From Myxococcota bacterium (GTDB lineage: Bacteria > Myxococcota_A > UBA796 > CAJQPC01), in NCBI GenBank assembly GCA_036337845.1, contig JAYZDK010000065.1:1-41179 (forward strand): DNA of 41,179 nt, given 5' to 3'. Both the position numbers and the translations under genes were made by a program. Below the pieces are notes generated by a model. The model ran no database searches and was not told the origin of the DNA. It saw only the letters and a list, made by a program, of their open reading frames with translations. Shown in pieces: positions 25,656 to 34,191 of the stretch (position 1 is the stretch's first letter; every line of letters begins with the position of its first letter).

Positions 25656-27061
25656 CAAACAATCCGGAAGTAGCCTGCCAGCGTGCAGCGCCTGACCCGC
25701 GTGAAGTCTCGTGCCGTGGTGAGCCCCTCGCCTGTTGGCGATGCGATGGTAAACGACGTGAAGCCCTCCCCCCCAAAGCCCAGGCCCGCATAATTGGAGG
25801 CGTTCTTGATAAAGATAGAGCAGTTGATGACTCTCGCCATCCGGTGAAGCGCATCCAGGTTCTTCGACCACATAGACGCGGTATGGCCGTATCCGTGTTC
25901 TGCTTCAACAGCCTGGTCGATGCCCTCATGCACATCCCGCACACGCGTGATGCCAATCACAGGCATCAACATCTCCAACTGGATGAAGGGATGCTCAAAC
26001 GGCACTTCAGCGATGATCAGTCGAGGGTCTCCCTCGAAAGGAACATCGATCTCACGCAGCATCTTGCCCGCGTCTCGTCCAACCCAGCTCCGGTCAATGT
26101 GCTCACGGTCGGGGGTCAGTAGCAACTTCTCCAGGCGTCTGATCTGGTGGTTGCGAAGCAGAACAGAACCGTTGGCTTGCATCGATTCGATGAGCGGGTC
26201 TGCAATCTTGTCCACGGCCAACACCAGCTTCTCATCGGTGCAGATGATGTTGTTGTCAAAGCTCGCCCCAGCCACGATACCTCGCGCAGCCGCAGCAATA
26301 TCGGCCGTTTCATCGACCACCACCGGCGGGTTACCCGGACCGGCCGCAATGCACTTCTTTCCGGAGTTCATGGCGGCTCGAACCACCTCTCCGCCACCGG
26401 TGACCACAATCAGTCTCACCCCCGGGTACTTCATCAGCTCACCGGCAGAGGCAATCGTGGGCTTCTCCACACAACACATCAAGTTGTCGGGGCCGCCCAC
26501 CTCGATCGAGGCGCGGTTGATGAGGTCGATACAGTAAGCCGAGGTACGACGGGCCAACGGGTGGGTGTTGAACACCGCGGTGTTGCCCCCGGCCACCATG
26601 CCGATTCCATTGCAAATGATGGTTTCTGTGGGGTTGGTACACGGTGTAATCGAGCCAATTACCCCATAGGGGGCCCGCTCCATCAAAGCGAGGCCAGCAT
26701 CACCCGTCCAAGCCACTGGCTCCAGAATCTCGGGACCCGGAGTCTTGTGAATGACCAAGAGGTTCTTCTTGATCTTGTCTTCGACACGCCCCAATCCAGT
26801 CTCTTCATGAGCCATGGTGGCCAACGTGTTCACATCCTCGGCACAACGGCGACGAATGTTGGCAATGATCTCACGGCGCTTTTCCAGAGGCTGATTGATC
26901 AGAATCTGTTGCGCAGTCCGGGCGGCATCTACCGCCTCGGAAACCGTTTCAAACACACCACGCGGCCGTGCAGGCATCTCCATTTTCGCAGGCATCTCAC
27001 CTGCCTGAATCCGAGCGAGCACACGCTCCACAAGGTCTGAGACTTGCTCGCGCTCCATCAC
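25655..27061 (-). CDS. eutE: CoA-acylating aldehyde dehydrogenase (EutE/PduP family), BMC-associated
   Basis: [34 protein letters not shown], catalytic [20 protein letters not shown] and PTGEGLT..F.R.RRC. Confidence 0.93.
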   Translation of the reverse strand: MMEREQVSDLVERVLARIQAGEMPAKMEMPARPRGVFETVSEAVDAARTAQQILINQPLEKRREIIANIRRRCAEDVNTLATMAHEETGLGRVEDKIKKNLLVIHKTPGPEILEPVAWTGDAGLALMERAPYGVIGSITPCTNPTETIICNGIGMVAGGNTAVFNTHPLARRTSAYCIDLINRASIEVGGPDNLMCCVEKPTIASAGELMKYPGVRLIVVTGGGEVVRAAMNSGKKCIAAGPGNPPVVVDETADIAAAARGIVAGASFDNNIICTDEKLVLAVDKIADPLIESMQANGSVLLRNHQIRRLEKLLLTPDREHIDRSWVGRDAGKMLREIDVPFEGDPRLIIAEVPFEHPFIQLEMLMPVIGITRVRDVHEGIDQAVEAEHGYGHTASMWSKNLDALHRMARVINCSIFIKNASNYAGLGFGGEGFTSFTIASPTGEGLTTARDFTRVRRCTLAGYFRIV

Positions 27062-27378
27062 ATACCCGCCTCGTCAGCTGGATAGGGAGGCATCTTGTTG
27101 TAGAGCTTCTCCTCACCCATGTCCATCGAATCCACAATGGCCATGACCACCGCATCGACCGGCTTGTTGTTGGTCTGTTCGGTCTGCCGCGCCGAAGAGC
27201 CCGATGCATACAGCACCACCTCTCCAACGCCAGCCCCCCTGACATCTGCGGCAACCACGAAGGAATCCTTGCCCTCCAGCTTGAGGGAAAGATCCTGCAC
27301 GAGGTAGAGCCTAAGCCCCTCGATCTTCGGGTCCTTTCGGGTGGACACGACAGTGCCCACGATCCTTCCGAGCTTCAT
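27058..27378 (-). CDS. BMC-P vertex protein (EutN/CcmL family)
   Basis: [29 protein letters not shown] and [11 protein letters not shown]; SD GGAGGA. Confidence 0.93.
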   Translation of the reverse strand: MKLGRIVGTVVSTRKDPKIEGLRLYLVQDLSLKLEGKDSFVVAADVRGAGVGEVVLYASGSSARQTEQTNNKPVDAVVMAIVDSMDMGEEKLYNKMPPYPADEAGM

Positions 27379-27427
27379 GAGTCCTCCAGAACAAGCTCAC
27401 CCAGTTGGGTGTAGACAACCAGGGTTG

Positions 27428-27724
27428 CTACTTGCCTTTTCTGGCGGCCTGCCGACCCAGAGGAAGAACCTCGTCGACGTTGGCGTGTGGACGCGGAATG
27501 ATGTGCACACTCACAAGCTCACCGACACGCTGCGCTTGTCTCGCGCCTGCTTCGGTTGCTGCTTTGACAGCGGCTACATCGCCACGAACGACCGCGGTGA
27601 CATAGCCACCACCAATCTTCTCGTAGCCTACCAACTCCACACGAGCGGCCTTCAGCATCGCATCCGATGCTTCCACCATTCCTACAAAGCCTTTGGTTTC
27701 GATCATACCCAGGGCATCAGCCAT
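27428..27724 (-). CDS. BMC-H hexameric shell protein (PduA/EutM family)
   Basis: [21 protein letters not shown] pore loop, [10 protein letters not shown] and HIIPRPH; SD AAGGAG. Confidence 0.96.
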   Translation of the reverse strand: MADALGMIETKGFVGMVEASDAMLKAARVELVGYEKIGGGYVTAVVRGDVAAVKAATEAGARQAQRVGELVSVHIIPRPHANVDEVLPLGRQAARKGK

Positions 27725-27736
27725 GAGAGACTCCTT

Positions 27737-28366
27737 CTACTTTTTTGAAACTTCCTGACCGGTCAAGGATTCGACAGCCGCCACCGCAGCCGCTGCAGCC
27801 GAATCAATCTCAGACTCACTCCCGGCCATCCAGAGTCGTCCGAACGCCCCGAACGGGCGAAGATTTACAAGGTTCACGTCAGCGGCCTTCTCCGCCTCGT
27901 TTGCAGCCAGCACCGCATACGCGGCCGGCTCCGTCTCGAGGATGAAGAGGCTCTCGCCTGGAATAATCATCATGCCCTGGCGATTCCGATTGATCAGCTG
28001 GGCCTGGTAGGCCTCGATCGCCCGAATCACGGTGTTCGAGACCACACGGGGCTTGACCCGCTGCGACTCCTCAAGCTCAAGAAAGTCGAGAATGGCCTTG
28101 CCTGCAGAGAGGACTTCTCCCTGCTCATCATGATGGACTTCAAGCAAACCGAATGCACGCTCAACGACCTGGACTGCCGGGACAGAACTGGTGGATTTCA
28201 GCGCCACATCCGTCACTCGGTTGATAATCATACCGGGCGCGGTTTCTACCCATAGAGACGCTTGACCCGCCAAAGGAAGAAACCCCCTACAGGTCGTTCC
28301 CGTAAAGGCAGCCAACTGGGGCTGAAGGGCGTCCAAGAACGCATATGCTCGCAAGGTGACAGCCAT
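27737..28366 (-). CDS. BMC-Tdp stacked tandem shell protein (CcmP/CsoS1D-like)
   Basis: [47 protein letters not shown] and GAFGRL. Start taken as ATG 28366. Confidence 0.92.
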   Translation of the reverse strand: MAVTLRAYAFLDALQPQLAAFTGTTCRGFLPLAGQASLWVETAPGMIINRVTDVALKSTSSVPAVQVVERAFGLLEVHHDEQGEVLSAGKAILDFLELEESQRVKPRVVSNTVIRAIEAYQAQLINRNRQGMMIIPGESLFILETEPAAYAVLAANEAEKAADVNLVNLRPFGAFGRLWMAGSESEIDSAAAAAVAAVESLTGQEVSKK

Positions 28367-28408
28367 AAACTTACTACTCGCCAAACACGGGGTGTTGGAC
28401 ACCTACCC

Positions 28409-28424
28409 CTGCCAACCTTGGCAG
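28409..28424. promoter_or_regulatory. Inverted repeat in the divergent promoter region upstream of the BMC operon (candidate operator)
   Basis: CTGCCAA-CC-TTGGCAG with perfect 7-bp arms, overlapping a minus-strand TTGACT (-35-like) hexamer. Confidence 0.4.
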
Positions 28425-28519
28425 TCAAGCGATGAAGCCCACTCCACAACCTTCGTTGACAGCCCGGACTCGGCGGTGGTAGCCCATCCGAGATACGGCC
28501 TGTTCTGGGAGGCCAACAT

Positions 28520-29092
28520 ATGCGCATGACAGTGATGATGGGATTTCTTCTGTTGCTGGCCGGTTGCCCGGAATCTCCCGACAACCTGCCCGATGGCTCG
28601 CCTGCCGTTCAAACCGAACAAGTGCCCGGCGATCCTTCCGCACAGCCCCCAGGCGTCGCTGGAGAGGTTCCAGACCCCAAGTCCACGCAGTTCAGCGTAG
28701 ATGCAGAAGAAGGTCTTACCTTGTCCGGCACCCTGAGCTATGCAGGCGATAAAACGGGTACCGTGCTGCTACAGGTACTCACCATTGCGGCAAACCAGCC
28801 CCCTTCACTGATGCATCATGAAGAATTCGAGGCACCCACCCAGTTTTCATTGGTGGCCCCTAAGAACCTCGGCTCAGCACGCCTGATATCCTTCCTCGAT
28901 ACAGACGATAACGGCCCCTCCGCCACAGACCCAGCAGCCATGATGTCCATAGAAATCGGAACCGAAGACCTCGCCGACCTATCCCTGGTTCTCCTGGACG
29001 AGCCCGATCTCGGGGACATGACCCCCGGGACCGACCACAGTGATGCCCTGGCAAATCCAACACCCTCGAGCGCGGAGACTCCAGCCGAGTGA
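28520..29092 (+). CDS. Hypothetical lipoprotein
   Basis: SD GGGAGG; lipobox LLAGC; acidic, Pro-rich linkers around a small beta-rich domain; GTGA overlap with the next gene. Confidence 0.75.
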   Translation: MRMTVMMGFLLLLAGCPESPDNLPDGSPAVQTEQVPGDPSAQPPGVAGEVPDPKSTQFSVDAEEGLTLSGTLSYAGDKTGTVLLQVLTIAANQPPSLMHHEEFEAPTQFSLVAPKNLGSARLISFLDTDDNGPSATDPAAMMSIEIGTEDLADLSLVLLDEPDLGDMTPGTDHSDALANPTPSSAETPAE

Positions 29093-30060
29093 ACGAACCC
29101 GTTTCCATCGTCGTGCCGGTCTTCAATGAGTCCGGCAACCTAACCCCCCTGTACCAGGCCATTGTCGAGGCCATGGAAGGCCTGCCCTTTGAACTGGTGC
29201 TGGTAGACGACGGCTCCACAGATGGCTCCGACAAAGAGATTGACGTTCTCTGCGAACAAGACGAGCGCGTCAAGAACGTTCGGTTCGTCCGGAACTACGG
29301 TCAGACCGCCGCGCTGACCGCCGGCATTCGTCATTCCCAACACAACATCCTGGTCACCTTGGATGCCGACCTTCAGAACGATCCAAGTGACATTCCAGCG
29401 CTCCTCAAAAAGCTCGATGAGGGCTATGACGTCGCCTGCGGCTGGAGACGAGACCGAAAAGATGCCTGGCTGACACGCACCCTGCCTTCTCGCATTGCCA
29501 ACAGTCTCATCTCTCGCCTCTCCAAGGTCTACCTACACGACTATGGCTGCACCCTGCGGGCGTATCGACGGGAGTTCATCGAAGACATCCCGTTGTACGG
29601 CGAAATGCACCGGTTCATTCCCATCTACGTCACCTGGGCCGGCGCAAGGCTGGTCGAGGTCGAAGTCAAACATCATCCCAGGGTGCGCGGCGAGAGCAAA
29701 TACGGGTTGATGCGTATCCCCAAGGTGCTCCTCGATCTGACCACATTGAAGTTCCTGCGTGATTTCTACGTCACGCCAATCTATTTCTTCGGTTTCGTAG
29801 GCTTTGTGCTCGTACTCGCCGGTATTGCAGCGGGCCTGATAGCGGCGGCCCTCTGGGGTCCACTCAACCAGCCAGTGCTCGCCGCTTGCATGACCACCGT
29901 CGCCCCGATGCTGGCCATATTCGGGGTCGTAGAGATTACGCTGGGCGTCATCGCCGAGGTGCTGATCCGGATGCATTTCGACATTCGAGACAAAGCTCCC
30001 TACCGAATCCGTTCCTTGCGCAACGTAGAAACTCAAGATCCGCCCCAGTCCGGAGAGTAG
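29089..30060 (+). CDS. Glycosyltransferase family 2 (ArnC/DPM1-like, two C-terminal TM helices)
   Basis: VVPVFNE, VDDGSTD, RNYGQTAA, LDADLQNDP, DYGC and GEMHRFIP motifs. Confidence 0.92.
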   Translation: MNEPVSIVVPVFNESGNLTPLYQAIVEAMEGLPFELVLVDDGSTDGSDKEIDVLCEQDERVKNVRFVRNYGQTAALTAGIRHSQHNILVTLDADLQNDPSDIPALLKKLDEGYDVACGWRRDRKDAWLTRTLPSRIANSLISRLSKVYLHDYGCTLRAYRREFIEDIPLYGEMHRFIPIYVTWAGARLVEVEVKHHPRVRGESKYGLMRIPKVLLDLTTLKFLRDFYVTPIYFFGFVGFVLVLAGIAAGLIAAALWGPLNQPVLAACMTTVAPMLAIFGVVEITLGVIAEVLIRMHFDIRDKAPYRIRSLRNVETQDPPQSGE

Positions 30061-30063
30061 ACC

Positions 30064-31938
30064 TTGTGCGGCATTGCGGGAGCCTTCCGATTTGACCAGC
30101 CCCCTGATACCCGGCACGTGGAGGGCATGGGTGCCGCCCTGAGTCATCGGGGTCCTGATTCCGCTCGCAGCATCGAGGTGGCAGATGGGATGATCTGCGC
30201 ACGAAGGTTGGCCATCGTAGATGTCGAAGGCGGCGAAAACCCACTCTCAGAGAGCCACCAGAAAACCTGGGTGGCCCTCAACGGTGAAATCTACAACCAC
30301 GTTCCGCTTCGACGAGAGCAAATAGGCAGAGGCGCCCGGTTTGCGACCGCGACCGACACCGAGGTTGCCGCCCACCTACTGGCAGAGTTCCCCGAGTCCT
30401 CCCTTGCTCGCCTCAACGGGATGTTCGGGATGGCAGTCTATGATGTAAAGACCCGGTGCCTGAGATTGGTGCGCGATCGTCTCGGCCAGAAGCCGCTCTA
30501 CTACACCTTCCTCGCAGATTCGACACTGCTCTTTGCATCAGAGATCAAAGGCTTGCTCGTTCATCCTGAAGTACAGCGCACGCTGAACCCTTCAGCCCTG
30601 GAAGAGTTTTTGTGCTTTGAGTACGTGCCGGCCCCCAACACGATCTATGAAGGGATTTACAAACTAGAAGCGGGCACACAGCTCATCGCCGACCGCAACG
30701 GCTGGAAAACAAGCCGTTGGTGGTCTCCACCCATTCCGGGAGCCGAGCTCGATGTGTACCACCCTGAGCATGCGGCCGAACGAATCCGTGCTTCTCTGGA
30801 AATGGCCGTTCTGGAACGCATGAGAGCGGAGGTACCCGTCGCCTACCTGCTCTCCGGGGGAATCGATTCTACGGCCGTCGCCGCCATGGCCGCCCGTCGA
30901 TCCGAGGAGCCCTTGCGGACGTTCTCCATGGTCTTTGACGAACCAAGTTTCGACGAGTCCGGTCCCGCAGCCGAGGCAGCCAAACACATCGGCTCCAACC
31001 ACACGGAAATCTCCTTTCGCTCAGACCAGCTTGAGGGGGTACTCGAACACATCGGGACCTCTCTGTGTGAACCCATCGGAGATGGCTCACTCCCCTCCAT
31101 GTGGCAACTGGCTCGACACGTGGGAGAAGCCGGTTTCAAGGTCGCCCTGTCTGGAGACGGAGCCGATGAACATTTCGCCGGGTATCAAACCTACATCGCC
31201 CATCGTATTGCCCGGGCGGCCCAACCTGGCCGAGGCATCCTCCAGGCACTGAGCAAACGGCTTCCCGCCTCTACAAAAAACCTCTCCACTCCCTACCTGG
31301 CCCGTCGATTCAGCGAAGGCCTCAGCCATCCATTTCACCGGCGAAACCAGGTATGGCTCGGAGCCTTTCTCCCGGAAGAGCTCCCCACACTCACCGGGCG
31401 GCCCGCCCAACCTTGGGCAGCAGCAGATCGATGGGCCGCTGAGCTCTCGACCTCGCTGGATCCTGTGGCCAACGCCATGTTTCTCGATCAGCGCCTCTAC
31501 CTCGCCGAAGGAGTCCTGCAGAAAGTTGACCGGGCTTCCATGGCTCACAGCCTGGAAGTGCGATCCCCGTTCCTCGACCACAACCTGGTCGAACTCGCAG
31601 CCCGAATGCCAACAAGCGCTCACCTCAAAAGCACACAAACCAAAGCGCTGCTCAGAAGAGCGGTAGCAGACCTGTTGCCCCCATCCCTCCTTAATCGCCC
31701 CAAGAAGGGCTTTGGCACGCCCTTAGGGCCTTGGTTGGCCGGCCCTAGCACTTCTCTCCTTGACGACCTCCCGGCTCGCCTGGAGGGCCTGTTAGAGGCT
31801 CAGGCGATTTCCTCGCTGATACGAGAACACCAAAATGGAACTCGAGACCACCGGCGGCGTCTTTGGAGCTTGTTGGTGTTGAGTCGCTGGCGGCATGGGC
31901 CCTGGGGCCCAATGGCCACCCTTAGCCACTCCGAGTAA
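30064..31938 (+). CDS. asnB: Asparagine synthase (glutamine-hydrolysing) family amidotransferase
   Basis: TTG start with GGAG SD giving MCGIAG (Ntn Cys); HRGPD, NGEIYN, LSGGIDS, SGDGADE, KVDRASMAHSLEVRSPFLD and RPKKGF. Confidence 0.93.
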   Translation: MCGIAGAFRFDQPPDTRHVEGMGAALSHRGPDSARSIEVADGMICARRLAIVDVEGGENPLSESHQKTWVALNGEIYNHVPLRREQIGRGARFATATDTEVAAHLLAEFPESSLARLNGMFGMAVYDVKTRCLRLVRDRLGQKPLYYTFLADSTLLFASEIKGLLVHPEVQRTLNPSALEEFLCFEYVPAPNTIYEGIYKLEAGTQLIADRNGWKTSRWWSPPIPGAELDVYHPEHAAERIRASLEMAVLERMRAEVPVAYLLSGGIDSTAVAAMAARRSEEPLRTFSMVFDEPSFDESGPAAEAAKHIGSNHTEISFRSDQLEGVLEHIGTSLCEPIGDGSLPSMWQLARHVGEAGFKVALSGDGADEHFAGYQTYIAHRIARAAQPGRGILQALSKRLPASTKNLSTPYLARRFSEGLSHPFHRRNQVWLGAFLPEELPTLTGRPAQPWAAADRWAAELSTSLDPVANAMFLDQRLYLAEGVLQKVDRASMAHSLEVRSPFLDHNLVELAARMPTSAHLKSTQTKALLRRAVADLLPPSLLNRPKKGFGTPLGPWLAGPSTSLLDDLPARLEGLLEAQAISSLIREHQNGTRDHRRRLWSLLVLSRWRHGPWGPMATLSHSE

Positions 31939-32638
31939 TCCAGGTCTTTGCATCCGGAAACGCCGCAATCGTGGCTTCCGAACCAATATCCAGCCAAACG
32001 AGGTACTCCGATTTCTCGGTTCTGGCGATCGCGGCGACCAGTTGTCCGGGGGGAACGGCATCCAGTGCTCGCAGAACACTCGTGGCAGCGACCACCATTC
32101 CCAACACACCGTGCTCTGCCATGCGTGTGCGATGCGCTTTCCAAAGGGCTTTGAGTACCTGGCGATCGTCCATGGCCAGCGCATTGATCACTTCCAGCTT
32201 CTTCACTCCAGACAGCTTTCTGGACAGCATCTTCTCGACACGCCTGGGGAGTTGGTTGGCTCGCTTAGCCTGAGCAGCCTCTCGGTTCTGCCGTTCGCTC
32301 TCCGCGGCCTGTCGGGCCGCATCAAGCGCAGAGACCGGCCGCGTTGCACGAGCTGCCAGGTGTCCTTTCTCGGCTGGGGGGGCCTCGGGTTCTGTTTGCT
32401 GTTCCTGCGCTCGCGCCATCGCGGCCTTGGCCAGCTCTCGAGCAAGCTGTGCCTTGTCGAGATCATCGGACGATTGGGTCTCCGATGGAACATCTTCCGG
32501 GTTGGACTCATCCATAGACAAAGTCTCCGGATTCAACTGAAGACGAAACGATCCGGAAGTCGTGTCGTCCATAAAGGAAGAGCCAGACGACTCGAACAGA
32601 CTGGATAAAGGATCAAATCCCGATTTTCTAGTGCCCAT
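31922..32638 (-). CDS. Hypothetical protein (disordered/helical N-terminus, compact C-terminal domain)
   Basis: SD GGGGAG before ATG 32638; fills the gap between asnB and the phosphatase; no family recognised. Confidence 0.65.
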   Translation of the reverse strand: MGTRKSGFDPLSSLFESSGSSFMDDTTSGSFRLQLNPETLSMDESNPEDVPSETQSSDDLDKAQLARELAKAAMARAQEQQTEPEAPPAEKGHLAARATRPVSALDAARQAAESERQNREAAQAKRANQLPRRVEKMLSRKLSGVKKLEVINALAMDDRQVLKALWKAHRTRMAEHGVLGMVVAATSVLRALDAVPPGQLVAAIARTEKSEYLVWLDIGSEATIAAFPDAKTWITRSG

Positions 32639-32711
32639 GATGTGTGCTCCCCACGAGAGATGAGATTTCCAGATTCGGAGATCCCAACCACGCCGGTTAG
32701 GTCGACTCAGT

Positions 32712-33353
32712 ATGTCCCGAAATGCAACCAAACTCTGGCAAGACATCGCAAAGAAAGGGCAGATCCCCCTAATTTTGGCGCGCCACGGCCGTACCCGGCA
32801 CAATTTGGAGCGGCGTTTTGTCGGCAAATCGGACCCACCATTAGACGAACAAGGCCTTCAGGAAGCTCAAAACCTGGCGATGGCGGTGCAGAACCTGGAA
32901 CTGTCCGGTCTGTACGCATCCGAACTGCAACGAGCAAAACAGACTGCATCCGCCATTGGAAGCCCAACGGTTCTTGAAGGGATAGCGGAGCTGGACCAGG
33001 GCGAACTGGAAGGACAACGCTTCGAGGACGTGGCCCAGAAGCATGCTGCCTTTTTCCAGCAGTGGCATACAGATCCCGACGGGCTGCACACTCCTGGAGG
33101 TGAAAGCCTCAACACCTGTCAAGAACGCGCCGTATCTGCCCTGCAGAGCCTACGCATTCATCACAAACCCGGCCCTCCCCTGCTCATCGTCACCCACCAG
33201 ATGGTGCTCTCGGTGGTACTTCTCCATGCCCTGGGCCTGCCCATGCGCCATTGGAGGCTCATCAAGCGGAAGAACACCGCCATGGACATGCTGGGCCTCG
33301 ACGACTCGGGAGAGCTCATCGTTCACCACCTGAACCTCGCCGAACACCTCTAA
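32712..33353 (+). CDS. Histidine phosphatase family protein (PhoE/CobC/GpmB-like)
   Basis: LARHGRT, SELQRAKQTA, ELDQGELEG, PGGES and IVTH motifs. Confidence 0.9.
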   Translation: MSRNATKLWQDIAKKGQIPLILARHGRTRHNLERRFVGKSDPPLDEQGLQEAQNLAMAVQNLELSGLYASELQRAKQTASAIGSPTVLEGIAELDQGELEGQRFEDVAQKHAAFFQQWHTDPDGLHTPGGESLNTCQERAVSALQSLRIHHKPGPPLLIVTHQMVLSVVLLHALGLPMRHWRLIKRKNTAMDMLGLDDSGELIVHHLNLAEHL

Positions 33354-33360
33354 AGAAGAC

Positions 33361-34191
33361 TCAGGCTTCCAGTTCGCTAGCCAGCGACAGTAAACGAGCC
33401 TGGTCCACCTGGTAGGTGGAACCGCAGAAATGACAGGTGACCTCCGCCCCCTTGTCCTCGGCTTCCATTTCTCGGAGCTCCGCAGCACCCAGCGCTCGCA
33501 ACGTGGCTTCCACCCGCTCAATACTGCAAGAGCACTGAAACCGTACCTCCCGGGCCTCGAGAAGCTCCACGTTGGAACCCAGCAAGGATCCAAACGCAAA
33601 AGCCGTCATGACCTCTGCCAAATCCGCTTCCTGAAGCGGCTCAACCAGAGCCTCGAATTGTTCGGGTTCCATTCGGTCCGGAATCAGCTCAACCAATAAG
33701 CCAGCCGCCATCGCAACCTGCCCATCATCGCCCAGCACCACGCCAATACGGACTCGGCCACGGGTCTGTTGAGACTGAACCAGGTATTCCTGCAGCGCCC
33801 CCTCCAAAGAATCATGATTGACCTCCGCAACCCCGCGGTAGACCTCTTTCATCGAGTCCCACTTGATGGCAACCAAACGGCCTTGAAGCGATGCGGCAGG
33901 CTCCAGGTCGGCCGGACTGAACCGCGCCCGAACCGCACCGTCGGAGTGGGCCTCCCCACTGAACGTAAAGGCAGGCTTCAAACCCGCTATTTCCAGCAAG
34001 ATACGCTCATCGCCCTTGATGTGGGCAGACAGGAGCAGTGAAGCCACCATCCCCTGGGCCGCCAGCATCGCGGCCCCATCCCCCAGACTGTGCCGTTCCC
34101 GAACCTCCTGAGCCGCCTCAGGAGCCATCACGGCCAAGACCCGAATCGCCCCGTCGTGTGCAAGGCAGCGCACAAATCGTCCCCCACTCAC
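33361..34191 (-). CDS. hslO: Hsp33 redox-regulated chaperone
   Basis: YRGV, YLVQSQQ, AAGLLVELIP and the C-terminal FQCSCS...EVTCHFC zinc centre; GTG start in a GTGA overlap with the dsbD stop. Confidence 0.88.
   Translation of the reverse strand: MSGGRFVRCLAHDGAIRVLAVMAPEAAQEVRERHSLGDGAAMLAAQGMVASLLLSAHIKGDERILLEIAGLKPAFTFSGEAHSDGAVRARFSPADLEPAASLQGRLVAIKWDSMKEVYRGVAEVNHDSLEGALQEYLVQSQQTRGRVRIGVVLGDDGQVAMAAGLLVELIPDRMEPEQFEALVEPLQEADLAEVMTAFAFGSLLGSNVELLEAREVRFQCSCSIERVEATLRALGAAELREMEAEDKGAEVTCHFCGSTYQVDQARLLSLASELEA

Larger units (their letters stand above)
23744..28366 (-). other. Bacterial microcompartment operon, Haliangium ochraceum (HO)-like
   Basis: Eight co-oriented, mostly overlapping genes: BMC-Tdp, BMC-H, BMC-P, AldDH, BMC-Ts, BMC-P, BMC-P, class II aldolase. 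Confidence 0.92.

Noticed and set aside
25656-25871. ORF-track N-terminal extension of BMC-T; likewise the extensions at 34192-34332, 38977-39456, 14038-14199, 11226-11390 and 36487-36648
   Set aside because: They overlap neighbouring genes. Better starts exist at stop/start overlaps or SD sites, or where the family homology begins.
23744-28366. Calling the BMC an ethanolamine/propanediol metabolosome or a carboxysome
   Set aside because: No eutBC, pduCDE, glycyl-radical enzyme or RuBisCO genes are in the window; EutE/EutN/CcmP are family labels only.
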